DNA of 64,000 nt. Source: Zygnema circumcarinatum SAG 698-1b. Its lineage: Eukaryota; Plantae; Zygnematophyceae. The stretch is from assembly GCA_037447605.1 (NCBI GenBank), contig CM074813.1:310001-374000 (forward strand). The letters are read 5' to 3'. Numbering within the stretch: position 1 is the stretch's first letter; each line of letters opens with the position of its first letter. Position numbers and translations under genes: made by a program. Below, one piece after another: positions 40,895 through 53,927 of the stretch. The notes below the pieces were generated by a model that worked only from the letters and a program-made list of their open reading frames with translations, was not told where the DNA came from and did not search any database.

Positions 40895-42986
40895 GTTTCA
40901 CTCTGTTATGTAGAGCAGCGTATGTAACTACCAATTTTGCAGAGTGGGCAGGGAGGTTAGGGAGTTAGGGGAGAGGTGGGGTTGTGAGTTTTCCGGAGAA
41001 AAAGACACGCCGTAGCAGCGTTTTTTCCCGCAGTTTTGATGTAATTTTAGACGTAAATAAAGGATCGATACAATGCCCATTTACCTGATTGGAGTTTTGA
41101 TTATGATATGGTCGTGTGGCTTGAATGTATCTGTTCTAATCAATGCATCCTCACTCCTTTTCCAGCTCGCCTTTGTGAACTGGAGGATGAGCGTCTGGTC
41201 CTCAATTGAAATTAAAACACAGACAGGTTTTCTCTGCATCTCCTCCCACGATTATTCTTTTGAAGAATATTTCCATACACTTGTCATGCAAATCAGGGAG
41301 TCACTCTAAAATGACATTTTTTGGAAATCTGGAGTTTATGGAGAGTTCCGTCGAATATAATTACAGCATTTCTCACCATATTTTTATCAGCTAAGTGGTG
41401 GTAAAGGGATTTCATCACTGAATAGCCTGCTGAATCGTTTGATTTTCAATAATGGCATTTGAATTCATTCTGAAGTGCTTGGCGAGAGCGCCCCGGCAAT
41501 GTGCTGTGGCCGTCCTTCTCTCGCCATTCACCTTGCGGGCGCGCGCAGCTCCTCTGTTGTGAAGAATGGACGACGTCTTAACATGGTGGAAGCAGCCGGA
41601 TCTCCACTTCCCGTCAACCGTGCATAAGTGCCAACGGCTGAATACTAGAGCTGATATCCGGAGCCTGGCGTAGCATCCATGATCACAAACAAATCGGAGA
41701 AACTCATTCTTCAACTATACGTTTTTTACAAGTAGAATAATTAACATCTGATGACAAGTGTTCACATGGTAGCAAAGGTGTGTGCAATCCCTTGTGGACG
41801 GTAACATGAGGACATGAAATACCAATACAAGGCAACAACATTGTATGGTGTGATTAGCGGTCCTCGAATGTGCCCGCAAGCTCTCCCACGCGGACGGACG
41901 TCGACCAATCTTTGGAGTTCGAGTGAATCTCGTCCGTCCGTTTGTTTCCGTACGATCGATGCCCAAGAGACCGACGTGTCCGTCGGTCTGACGGACCGTA
42001 TCCGGCGCGGTTTGGCGCCGTCGGTCCAGCTAGTGCCAACAATCGGCGGATTTGGTTGATGGCAAATTTGGCTAAATTTGCCATCAACCAAATCGGATCG
42101 GATCGGATCGGATCGGATTGTATTGGCTGGTTGGTTGGTCGACGTGAATATCCCCGTCGTTCAATCAGAATCGAACTGCCGATTATAATATCATTCCAGA
42201 TTCGGTACAGACCCGATTTTACGGATCTGGAATGAACTATGTCTATGGAGAATATAAGATAGTTACGGGAAATGTGCATGTGCACGGTACGCCGTGCAGT
42301 CAGCTGTTACAGCGCAAGGTACAGTTTGCTGTGTCGCGAAAGATCTCAGATCTCATTTGACACTTGTCACGGAGTGCTGGCCGAATGAGACGACTTTCAA
42401 CGAAAACGTCCAAAACCGCGTACCGCCATCTTCGCTTTGTCGTCTTCAATGCAACCTTTGAAGCGTCAATCGCGTCAGCTTCGCCAAACCAGCGATGAAC
42501 GACAGAATACGCATAGGTCTCATATACTTGTATCACTAGACGACAGAAACTACATAGGCCAAACCACCACTCCATAACCTATACCACTAAACGACAAAAC
42601 GTAGATTAAAGAAATCCCCGAAACCACCTCAGCTTCATCTTTGTCGTTTCCTTGTACAAGATATGTCACGTTGTGTGTACGGCAAAGTCGTCGTGTTGGG
42701 GCGCTCCGTCGAATGAGCGCCGCGCCGTATGTCGGCGGAACCGCCGTCAGTTCATTTGTACAGTTTCCATTCGTACAGTTGCCGCGGCTGTAGCTGTGGA
42801 CAGTTACTAGGAGGCGCGCGACAGCTACCGTACGGTCGGCGGGGGACGATTTAGAGGGCGGCGGCGGCGCTCGAAGTCGGAGTGGAGCTTGGGTGTTGGC
42901 TGCCTGTGCTTGAGGACTTCGCCGTGCGGGAGAGGGAGAGGAAGAGGGAGAGGGAGGATAGTGCAGGAGACACAGAAAGGGGCGCC

Positions 42987-45849
42987 ATGGCTGCGAACAG
43001 AGGAGCAGTAGTGGCTGCGCTGTGCGCTGCTCTGCTGAACTTGCTGCTACCCACCGTGGTATGGCTGCGAATTATTCTAGCGCATGCAAATACAAAAAAT
43101 AAAAGCACAGTGCATTTATTTCCAATTTTTTCTTAAATTTTTTTTGTGGATCGCATCTAATGACAAAGTGGGTCCGGCGGGGCGCAGAGCGGCAGCGCGA
43201 TTTTGGGGAGCGCGTATTGCGACAGGTGCCTGGACGGGACCTTCACAGTCGGCACGGACGAGTTCACAACGTCGAGCTCGGTACTCGCTCTCTCCACTTC
43301 TTATTTTATTTCGCTGCCCCTATTTTTGCCCTCTCCAGGCTGTGCCCTTTTTCCTTTCTTTCAGTCTCAACTCCGACCGACCCTCCTATGAGTCTCTTAT
43401 ATCGCACCTTCATGTTTAGGTGCATGAACTGTAGGGCACATTAAAGCGTTTATAATGAGTTTGGAGGTGTTTCCAAGCCTATAAACAGCTCAATTAGCCG
43501 GTTCACCTCTCAAATATCTTTGTCCCAATGGCTGATGTGTGCCATCGATTTTGGTGCTCCAGATCTCCATCAACTGCACGCTCAGAACCACCACACTTGG
43601 AGTCTCGACATACACATACGTGTGGGGCAGCGGAACTACAAGTTCCACTGGAGACTTTGGAGTGAGCAGCACCACAATTCAAATCCATGTTCAGCACATG
43701 CTTTGAGCTTTATTACTGTTGTTGATGTAACTTGAATACCTTGATCGCTCACTCGTTTGTTCGCGAGGAAATCTGGTTAAAATAAGTGTACGAATGCCCT
43801 CTGCCCGCAGGTCACCCTGACTGGCGCAACCGGGACGTCGGCTCTGGTCTCAGCGAACACCAAGTTTCTAAACACCCTTTTTATAGGCGGAAATCCGCTG
43901 TTTGGCCTCCTCTCGAATGCGCAAGTGGACGGATGCTTTGTGAATGTGGCCAGCCCGACCTGTTCCGTTAGCATAATGAACAACGGGCAGTGCAATGCTG
44001 GAGGAATACTGGTTCGTGCTCTCCCCATGTCAAGGCTCTCTTTGTTTTTAGTTTTTACCCGGCTCAACGTTTTCCTCGCGAACCCTCCACCCTCCGCTGT
44101 CGATTTCTTACCCACTTGTTACATCACTCTCCTCAACCCCCAGTCTCGCTCTTGATGCCAGTCCTCCCACCATCGGACTTGTTTCCTTCCATTCCCACCC
44201 TCGCCACTCTCTTTCCAACTACCATTTTTTGCGTCTTTCTATCTCCTAACACACTCGCTCTCGTCCCCTGCCTTTCCTCACTCTTCCTTCACGTTCCTAA
44301 ACTCCCTCCCATCTCTCGCCCCGGAAAGCCCCTCCCATGAATCGCGTATTCTCTGGACGTTGCACTTTCGTCTTGACCCAACTTGTGGGCTCTTTGGCTC
44401 TGCAGGGGAATGGATTCACCAGCACCGTAGTGCTCGCAAACTTGGGGTCAAACACTGCTGACATCAGCATAGGCAACAAAGTATGCAACTCTCTCACGGT
44501 CGCTGCTGGAACTTGCCCTTCTCCTCCACCTCCTCCGACATCCTCCCCACCTCCGCCAGTCGTTTCCGTACCAGTCCCTTCCCCCCCTCCACCATCCACC
44601 ACTCTGACCCCCTCGCCTCCTCCACCAGTCGTTTCCGACCCAACCCCTTCCCCACCCCCACCTGTTTCTTCCGGAGAAACTCCCTCCCCCCCTACCACTA
44701 CTGCTCCACCCCCTCCGCTTGTTCCAGGCGGCGTTGGAGACCCTCACTTCACTGGTGCTGATGGGTCCCGGTTTGACTTCTCGGGTAGGACAATATTGTT
44801 AAACCAGCCTTGCCAGAGAGGCAGAAACATAGGCTTGAAATGCACAGTGCTTACCTGGTCCTAGTAAGGGAGGAAGACTGGTCCTTACCTTTTGCATTTG
44901 CTGGACTTGTGCACAGGCGAACCCAATGCATCATTCTGCCTGATCAGCGATGCGCACCTCCACATCAACATGTATTACGGAGGTCGGTACGGACAGTGGG
45001 GCAGCAACCCCCACAAAGCCCTTACATGGATCCGACGGCTCGCCATCCTTTGGGGGCACCACACCGTCGTTTTCGCGGCACGGGATGGTGCCAGGTGGCA
45101 GTATGACAGTGGATACCTTGGCCACATTGCCATTGACGGCGAAGAGGTGCTGCTCGGACAGGCGGGAGACTCCGCCGCGCGCGCAAATGGAGACATCGAA
45201 GTGCGATGGCTCGCGGCGAAGATGCGAAGCGGCGATGACTTGGTCGATGTGTTCCAAATCAGAATCGGGGAAGTGATCAAACTGAGGCTCACGCTGCGAC
45301 CGGAAATCGAGCTTTTGAGGACAGAAACGGATGGAGTGGTGCACATTAACTTTGAGATTCCCGTCGCGGACTTGTCCGACAATGCTCATGGCATCCTCGG
45401 GCAGACCTTCCGCTCAGACCACAGGGACCGCCTGTGAGTTTTGATTCCCCCCTAGTTTGTTAAAGAGTTTGCAGCTTCCTTCTGGCTGACACGACTCGAG
45501 CTTGCTTTGCGTAGAACATGAATTGTTTCTATTGAGAAGAGTTCAAACGCCATGCCATTTTTTCTAACTCCCCAACACCGCTTTCATGCTTTCGTGTGGC
45601 AGTGCTCTGCAAACCATCGAATACAGTCAACTTCTCCGCACTATGGTGGTGCCGGGCGATGATGCGGAAGGCTTCTTGGATGGTACTGTTTCCGACTACC
45701 GGTCCTCCGCTCTCCTCCGCGCCGACTGCAAGTTCGCGCGCTTCACTCGAGCGAGCCAGCGAGGGTCGGCCCCCGCGGTCGAGCTCGCATCGTCGGGCGC
45801 AAAAAATATGAACGGGGCGACTATGAAGAGCTTCGCAAGAAGAAGATAG
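42987..45849 (+). CDS. secreted Ole e 1 + Ser-Pro4 stalk (~74 aa) + GDPH root-cap domain protein (copy C)
   Basis: MAANRGAVVAALCAALLNLLLPTV; YCDRCLDG; ISINCT..GDFG; one 23-aa stalk unit; GDPHFTGADG; penultimate-exon protein identical to copy B; last exon nearly identical to copy A. Confidence 0.88.
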
Positions 45850-46615
45850 GACTCTGTTCTGAAAATATGGGGCTTCAACATTCACAAGTGGGCTTGAAAG
45901 TGGGGATTCAGATGTAACATAACTATTGCTGCTATCATCTTCAAATCTTGTTTACAGGGTTTTATAGTTTTACCAGCCCGTAACATTGTTAGCGTGTAGG
46001 CATTGCATGTGTTCTATATGGCTCTGAATGCCTTACGCATTACATTAAGTTTTATTTCTATGATTGTTGTATTCGAGGCCTGAAATCCGTATTTTAAACA
46101 AAGAATTCCTGATTTTTTGTCCTTCAAAAAATGTTTATTTATGTCCTGTTTTCACATTTTGGAAATGAGTGGCTGCAGTGCTCAGTAGAAGAATGTTAGT
46201 TGTGCTCTCATTTAGGTGGGCTCGCAATAAAAGCATCCCTTAAAATTTATATATACAATATAGCGGACTCAGAGAACCCCATTTCTTCAAGGTCAGTTTC
46301 CAATAGGATGTGAGTTGGAAAAACACATTGGAAAATAAGGTTATCTGAAATGCAAGTAACGGCAACTTCATATAACGACAATCCATCAAGCATCTAAAAA
46401 TTTGACTTTGGTGCTATTAGACATTCAGTCATGAGAACTCACGCTTATGATTATGCTTTGAAGAAAAGATTTTTGAGAATGATGATGTGGGACTGCAAGA
46501 GTTGAACTGTATCTTGTATTCTTTATTGAATATGGGGATTTTACATCTTTCAAAGAGAACAGAGCGGTACTTTCTTGATTTTGGATCCAACCGTTTGGCT
46601 GACCAAGGCCAAAGT

Positions 46616-49600
46616 TTACAACAAAATTGAGTCTTTTCGATACTCTCGGAGAATTACAGGAACACTTGTTGGAGGTACCTGTTCAGACAACAAACTACAT
46701 TAAATTAAAAAAAAGGAAAAATATAAATAAAAAAATATCAAGAATGATAACTCTTTGCCTTACTTCATTGTTCGGCTCAACGCTGTTAATGTGCATGGAA
46801 AACCTTTCTTGTTACCTTCAAACTAGACCTGCTTTGAGTCGACTAAATTTGACTTGACTACCGGTCAACCACCCATATTAAATCGCCCATGTAAAGGCAG
46901 ACATAATTCAGAAGAAGAAAAAAAATGGAATAAAGATAGAAAAAAATGACTATGGAACCAAAAATTGAAAAAGGAAGAAGTGAAGTTTTTTCGTACCATT
47001 CCGAGCTCCGTCACAATCATGGAAACATATTCCGCCGGCATTGCATCGTACCTGTTCAATTAGAATAATAATAAAATAGAATAAAAAAGAAAAAATCGGA
47101 AGGGGAGGGAGAGAGAGAGGGGGGGGGGGGAAGTTAGAGAGAAATACGCAAAAGTGAAAATTAACCTTCACGTTTCAATAAGGAAACAGGTTTAAAACAT
47201 ATTTCAAGCTCAACAATTAAAGCAGAATGAAGGAAAGGATTCAATGAATGAAGAAATCTTTCTGGTTTGCGTTTGTGTTCGTGGTTTTTTTTTTTTTTTT
47301 TTTTGTTTTCTTACGTGAGATTCAAAAGGCGGAGGTGTTCGTCGTCGGCCCATCCTTCAAGAGTTCGAATTTCGCTCCTTCCGATCACTTTCACGAGCTC
47401 GTCCGGATCGCCTTTTTTAAAGATACAAAAAATAAAATAAAAAAAATCGAACAGAAAGTAAACCAGCTCAATCAAGAGGACCAAAGATGACAAAAAGGAG
47501 AGAGTTCAAAAAAATAAAAAAGTAAAACCTCGATTAGAAAACCGTAACAGAACGGAACTGAAAACAGAACAGAACTGAGAACATAACAGAACTGAGAACA
47601 TAACAGAGCAGAACTGAGAACAGAACAGAACTGAGAACAGACAGAACTGAGAACAGAACGGAACTGAGAACAGAACTGAACTGAGAACAGAACAGAACAG
47701 AACAGAACAGAACAGAACAGAACAGAACAGAACAGAACAGAACAGAACAGAACAGAACAGAACTGAGAACAGAATAGACTTGAGAACAGAACAGAACTGA
47801 AAACAGAACGAAACTGAGAACAGAACAGAACTGAGAACAGAACGGAACTGAACATAGAACCCACCGAGTTCATTGGCGGTGATGGAGTCCAACTGAACCC
47901 TCTCATGGAACTTGTACGTTTCGCAGCACACGAGCACCGGCACGTGCGAACTGTGCGCGACCATCGCCACGCTGGCACTGCCCACACGTGCGTACACGTA
48001 ACCGTTGGCTAGCACGGAGCCCGCCCCAAGGAGGACACGTGTCACCTCCTGAATGGAGACACGTGGCGCACGATGACACGTCCCGAAAGCATCGTCAGAC
48101 TGGGAGTTAGGGCAGTTGACAGTTACGGTTTCAGTAACAGGAACAGTTGCAGTCGGTTGCATCGTCACATGACACGAAATGGCATATGACGACACGTGTA
48201 GCAACGCATCGAATGATGTCATCGATGTCATGTCACTTTTGGGGAGAGAGGCGGAGGGAGAGGGAGGGGAGCGAGAGCATAAAACGAGGATGGAGACTGA
48301 GAGAGTGAGAGAAGAAGAGAGAGGCGAAGAGAGAGAAGCAGAGAGGGAGAGCGATGGGAAGAGAAAAAGTGAGAATACGGGCTTAACCTTACAAAGGTCG
48401 TGCTCAGACAGGGAGGGAGAGACAAAGAGAACGAAAGAGAGAGAGAGAGGGAGAGAGAGAGAGAGGGAGGGAGAGAGAGAGGGAGCGAGAGAGAGAGGGA
48501 GAGAGAGAGATGGAGAGAGAGAGACAGAGAGAGAGAGTTGGAAGAGAGAGAGGGATCGAGATCCCCCCTTCCACCCTCCCTCCCAGTTCCCTCACCTGCA
48601 TAATGTACGAAATTGCATTTAAATGCGTGTAAGTGCATTTAATTCCCGCCTTCAATAGCCGTCGGAGCATTTCTCGTCCTTCCAAATTTGGTCTTGAATC
48701 GACGACGATCACGCGAAATTTTCTGCCCGACATTTTTGCATTTTTCAAAATTTCTTCGACCACGTAAGAATGTCCGTACGTGAGAAGGACATCGCTTTCT
48801 GCCCGAATTTTTTGGACCGCATGTCGGACAATCTCCTGGTCAGCAAAGATAATTTTTTCCTGCCCAAATCGAACGAGCAAAACAGGGCTTCAAAAGTAAG
48901 CTTTTTTTTTTTTTTTCTCTTTCTTCCCACCCCATCCCCNNNNNNNNNNCCCCCCCCCCCCCCCCCCTCCTTTTTTTTTTTCAATGCATGTCAGATTTTT
49001 TTTTTTTTTTTTTTGAAGAAGCGAATGGGGCCCAGATCTCACCTGAATGAAGCGGTCGATTTCTGAAACCAAAATAGTTTTCGCCTCTGCTTCGGGCAGC
49101 CCAACTGAAAATTTTGCGATTCGCTGTTTGAGCATTCGAATGGCGTTGCCCATCCCGATTGCCAGCGGGCGGCATAAAATTAAAAAGGAAACGTGAAAAT
49201 TTATTTTTGCGGTCAGATCTCGAACAAGAGTTTTTTCAGGGGGGGTCGAATAGTCGCTAATCATTTCTCGGAGCGCATTTAACATCGCCACACAGCGGGC
49301 ATTTCCGCCAGTAATGTCACCAGTCAAAAAATTTAGGCCAACCTGCCCGAAGTTTACGGGCAGACCCAAAAAAGTTAGATCGAAAACAAAACAGTCGAAA
49401 ATCACTTGATTGCCATAACACTGCGAATGTCCTGCTGTGGATTCGTTTTTTTTTAAACGAGTCTGCCCGGATTTTCCGGGCAGGGTTGAATTTAACAAAA
49501 CGGGCAGAAAGTAGTGAAGAGAAAAGTTTTCACCTCGTATACTGCCGGATGAGGATGAGTAATTTCTTCTGAGAAAAATTTTGCCTCTAAAGAGGGCAGC

Positions 49601-51826
49601 TGGGCTCCATGCACAAACTGGGGCAGGTGCCGAAAAAGTTCGACTCGATTTTTTGTCTCGGTCTGTTCGACTAAGTTTCTCCTTTTCGCTTTTGCCACTC
49701 TTTGCTCGTCGTCAAATTGCAATCTTGGGCCGGGCACTTCCTTTTTTTTTTCGGCTGCCCCAACTGCCCCAACGGCCCCACTGTAACTTCCTTGGCTTTT
49801 TTTTTCCGTCTGTTGGAGCTGCTGTTGATTTTTTTTTTCTGCCCCAGAATCCTTTTTCGGCGCCTGCCCGGGCCCACTTTTTCCTCCAGCCTTGTCGTCT
49901 TTTGGGACGGGAACGCTCTTTCCTGGACCTGTAAATAAAAAGAATTTTTTAATCACTAGAAACTGTACCGCTTCCTCTCCCTCGCCTTCTCTCCCTCTCC
50001 TTCTCGTCCTCTCCCTTTCTCCCTCTCCCTCTCTCTCTCTCTCTCATCTTCCTCTCTCGATTGCTCTACTCACCCCCCACTCCCGCTCTCTCCCACTCCC
50101 CCTCCCTCTCTCCCCTCGCCTTATCTTTCTCTCTCGCTTGGTCTCCCTCCTCCCTCTCTCTCTCTGCCACTCTCCCCCTCCCTCGCGCTTGGTCTCCCTC
50201 CTCCCTCTCTCTCTCTCTCCCACTCTCCCCCTCCCTCTCTCCTCTCGCCTTATCTTCCTCTCTCGCCTGGTCTCCCCCTTCTCCCTCTTTCTCTCTCTCC
50301 CACTCTCCCCCTCCCTCTCTCCCCTCGCCTTATCTCTCTCTCGCTTGGTCTCCCTCCTCCCTCTCTCTCTCTGCTTGCTTGATCTCCTTCCTCCCCCCTC
50401 CATCTCTCTCTCTCACTCTCCCTCTCCTCTCCCTGCGTCACCCTCGCCCTCGGCTACTCCCTCTCCGTCCTCCCTCCCGCCCATTGCACCCACCCAAATA
50501 CAGACATATTCAAAACCCTCCAAATTTAAAGTCATATAGCCCTAGACGCCTAAATTCGGACCCCACAAGTCCTGAACTCATGAAGTCCCAAAACCCCAAA
50601 ACCCGAAAACCCTGAAACTCTGAAAGAAACCATAAACCTTGGCCTGACACATAAACCCTCAAACTCTAGAGACCTGAAACCCTAAATCTTCAAACTTTAA
50701 AAAAACCCTCAAATCAAACCCTAAAGTCCTAAACCAGAAGCCCGCACCTCAACCCCCAACCCTAAATCTCAGCCCCAGAGACCATAAATCCTAAAACCCC
50801 AAGACCCTGAAACCCACCATAAACGCTAACCCTACACCTGAATCTTAAACCCTAAACTTTAAACCCTCAACCCTAAATTCCAAGCCTTGAACCCCTAAGC
50901 CCTAAACCGTGAACCCTAAAGCCCAAACTCATGGACCCTGAACCCTAACCCTCCTTAATCCCAAACCCTAAAGCCCACGCCCTTAATCCCTGAACCCTGG
51001 GCGGGCGGGTCCTCGCCTTCCTTGGCGGCGGACTTCGCCGCGCGTTGCGCCTCCTGCAGAGCGCGCCGCTCCGCCTTCGTGGGTTTGGCCTTGGGGGGCA
51101 CGCCTGGGGAAAGGGGAGGGAGGAGGGGAGGAGGGAGGAGGAGGGAGGGGGAGAGGGAGGAGGGAGGGGGAGAGGGGGAGGAGGGAGGGAGGGTGGGGGG
51201 AGAGGGGGAGGGGGAGGGGGAGGGGGAGGGGGGGAGGGAGGAGGGAGGAGGGGAGGGAGGGAGGGGAAGGAGAGGGAGAGGGGAGAGGGGGAGGGGGGGA
51301 GGGGAGGGAGAGGGGGAGGGGGAGAGGGAGGGAGGAGGGAGGGAGGGGAGAGGGGGAGGGGGGGGACGAGAAGGGGAGGGGGAGGAGGGGAGGGGGAGGG
51401 GGAGGGGGAGGGGGAGGGGGAGGGGGAGAGGGGGAGGGGGGGAGGGAGGAGGGAGGAAAGAAGTGGGGAGGAGGGAAGGGGGGAGGGAGAGGGGGGAGGG
51501 GGATGGAGAGGGAGGGTGAAAGGCGGGAAACAGAGGACAGGAGGATCAGAGTGGTGGCAAGGAGGAGCGAGAGGGGGAGGGCGGGAAGGAGGAGTGAGAG
51601 AAGGGGGGAACCTCCTGAACCCTAAAAAAGCTTCAAACATTCTGAAGGCTTCCAAAACCTTTGGAAGGATGGAGAAAAAGGAGAATGTCTCACCTAATTT
51701 TCAGAGTTCCTGAATCCTTAAACTTCTAGCACACATTTGGAGGCGACCAATCATAAAAAACCCAGAGAAATAGAGAAAGGGAGAGAGAGAGAAAGAGAAA
51801 GGGAAAGAGAGAGAGAGAAAGAGAAA

Positions 51827-51866
<40 letters not shown>

Positions 51867-52539
51867 AAGAAAGTGGTCCCGCACCTCCTTGCATCCCCTT
51901 CCCTCCCCCGCCTCCCACACTGGTCGGAGTCGCGGGCCCACTGCTAGCTGGCGACTTCGCAGGAGCAGTTGCGACAGCTGGCAGCTCTACCGCCTTTCCC
52001 GCGCCTCCGCTGTCGCCGCCACCTGGCGCGCCCCCAGCGGTGCCAGCTGTCCGCCGGTCGGAAGGCCCGCCCCTCAAAAGCGCTGGCACTGTGACAGCTG
52101 GCCGGGCAGGAGGGGAAGTTCCAAGCACGCTCTCAGTAGCCACGCTGTCGTACCCCAAGTCCGAATCTCCCTCTCTCCCTCCCTCTCCCTCCCTCCCTCC
52201 CTCTTCCTCCCCCTCCCCCTCCCCCTCTCCCTCTCCCTCTCCCTCCCTCTCTCCCACTCTCTCTCCCTCTCCAGAAACTGGGCCCCGCCCCTCCTCCGCC
52301 TCGGCAATGGGAGAGGGACGGTGGGAGGGAGGGGGAACTGGGATGGGTTCGGATTGTTTGTGGGGTTCAGGGCCGCCCTTTGGGAGGCTTACAGGGGGAG
52401 GGAGGGGGGGGAGCAGGGGTTCAGGAGGCTGCTGCCCTGAAGCCTGCGGGGTGGCGCCCGGGGGTTCAGAGCTCGGGGTCACAAAGCCCACTTGGCGGAC
52501 TAAGGGGTCGATGATGGGACGGCCGCGGCGGGGGTCCAT
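46616..52539 (-). CDS. eIF2B-delta: translation initiation factor eIF2B subunit delta, multi-exon
   Basis: [19 protein letters not shown]; [16 protein letters not shown]; [16 protein letters not shown]; [27 protein letters not shown]; [14 protein letters not shown]; [75 protein letters not shown]; stop at 46616-46618. Confidence 0.95.
47545..47852. repeat. (GAACA)n / GAACTGA pentanucleotide-derived microsatellite in an eIF2B-delta intron
   Basis: Direct reading. Confidence 0.9.
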
Positions 52540-53230
52540 GGGGGAGGGACACGTGGCAGCGGGAGAAGGAAAGTTGCCACGTGCGAGTTTAGGGTTGAAG
52601 GGTTTAAATTTTAGGGTGAGGGCAGGAAAACCGTGGGAAGGTAAAGGTTTCAAGGTGTTGTACGGACAGAGCTTTGGATTTTGGACAAGGGAGGGATGGA
52701 CATTAGAACGCAGTGTCGTGTATTAGAATTCCAATCAAGAATTCTAAAAGTCGCGCCGTTTTCTAAAGCACTTTTAGAACTGCAGGACAATCTTATTACA
52801 GTACCAGTACAGTACTGTACTGTAGTGTACAGTACCATCGTACGGCCTAACTGTACGGTCAGAGCCAAAGCAATTCAAGTTGGCGGGTGTTCAAATTCAG
52901 TGGTCGTACTCTCATTCTAAAAGTGTTATAAAACTTTGAAACTTTTGGATATTAGAACATTCTATTTCTGAAATCACCCTAAAAGTCCCTTGTACGGACA
53001 AGTCCAACATCCCAAGCCTGTGACCGTACGTACGGCCTACCATTTAACTGTCAAAATGTACGGACGATCCCTCATTGGTGCCGTATAATACCGTACGACT
53101 CGAAATCCAATCACACATCGCCACGTGTCCCCTCGGTCACGTCACGCTTGTGCTTGTACCGCAGCAATTAGGGTTTCGCTGTGAAGTCCCTCCACTCCGA
53201 CGTGGCGTCTCCTCCGCTCGCCACGTCAGC

Positions 53231-53401
53231 ATGGGGCTGCTACGTGTCCTGTTCTCATTTGGCGCCGGGACCCTCTTTGGCGTGTACCTAGCGCAGAGCT
53301 ACGACCTGCCGCCGCTGCCCGCGCTCGCCGACAAAGCGTGGGACCTTGCGCGCTCACTGGAGGAGCAGTACCGCAAAAGCGGGGAGAAGCCTAAACCCTA
53401 A
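53231..53401 (+). CDS. STMP1: 56-aa short transmembrane mitochondrial protein (STMP1/DUF4535 family)
   Basis: MGLLRVLFSFGAGTLFGVYLAQSYDLPPL..ARSLEEQYRK matches the family signature G.Y.AQ.Y..P as I recall it; it is divergent from eIF2B-delta. Confidence 0.8.
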   Translation: MGLLRVLFSFGAGTLFGVYLAQSYDLPPLPALADKAWDLARSLEEQYRKSGEKPKP

Positions 53402-53763
53402 TGGGGGGGCTAGGGTTCAGCGCTTGGGGATGGCCTAGGCTCAGGGGTCTAGGGTTCAGGGCCTCGCCCACCCTGGGGGGCTTAGGGCTTCGGGCCTAGG
53501 GTTTGAGGTTTCGGGTTTAGGGGTTAGAAGGCGTAGGTTCAGGGGGGGGGTTCAGGCCCTCAGTTTTGTGCAGGCTTAGGGGGTAGCTCCAGAGCTGAGG
53601 TTCAGGGTCTAGGGGGGTTATGGTGGATGGTTTGGGATCGGCGAGGTTCAGGGAAGTTTCGGGTTTAGGGTTCAGATTGGCAATCGGAAGGATCAGGACT
53701 TCTGGCACATGATTTAGGGTTTTCGGTTTTGGGGTTGGGGGGTTTAGGGTTCAGAGGGTGAAC

Positions 53764-53927
53764 GGAGCTGGAGAGCGAGGTGCAGGGTTTAGGGTTTAAG
53801 AGATGGATGTTGCAGGGGTGACTGCGCGCAGACGTGGCTGTGGGAGGAGCTGGAGAGCGAGGTGCAGGGTTTAGGGTTTAAGAGATGGATGTTGCAGGGG
53901 TGACTGCGCGCAGACGTGGCTGTGGGA
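53764..53927. repeat. two-copy 82-bp perfect tandem duplication
   Basis: The unit GGAGCTGGAGAGCGAGGTGCAGGGTTTAGGG...GCTGTGGGA starts at 53764 and again at 53846. Confidence 0.85.

Noticed and set aside
47506-48231. 241-aa ORF with SVLFC repeats
   Set aside because: The repeat part is translated intronic (GAACA)n; only the central segment is a true eIF2B-delta exon.
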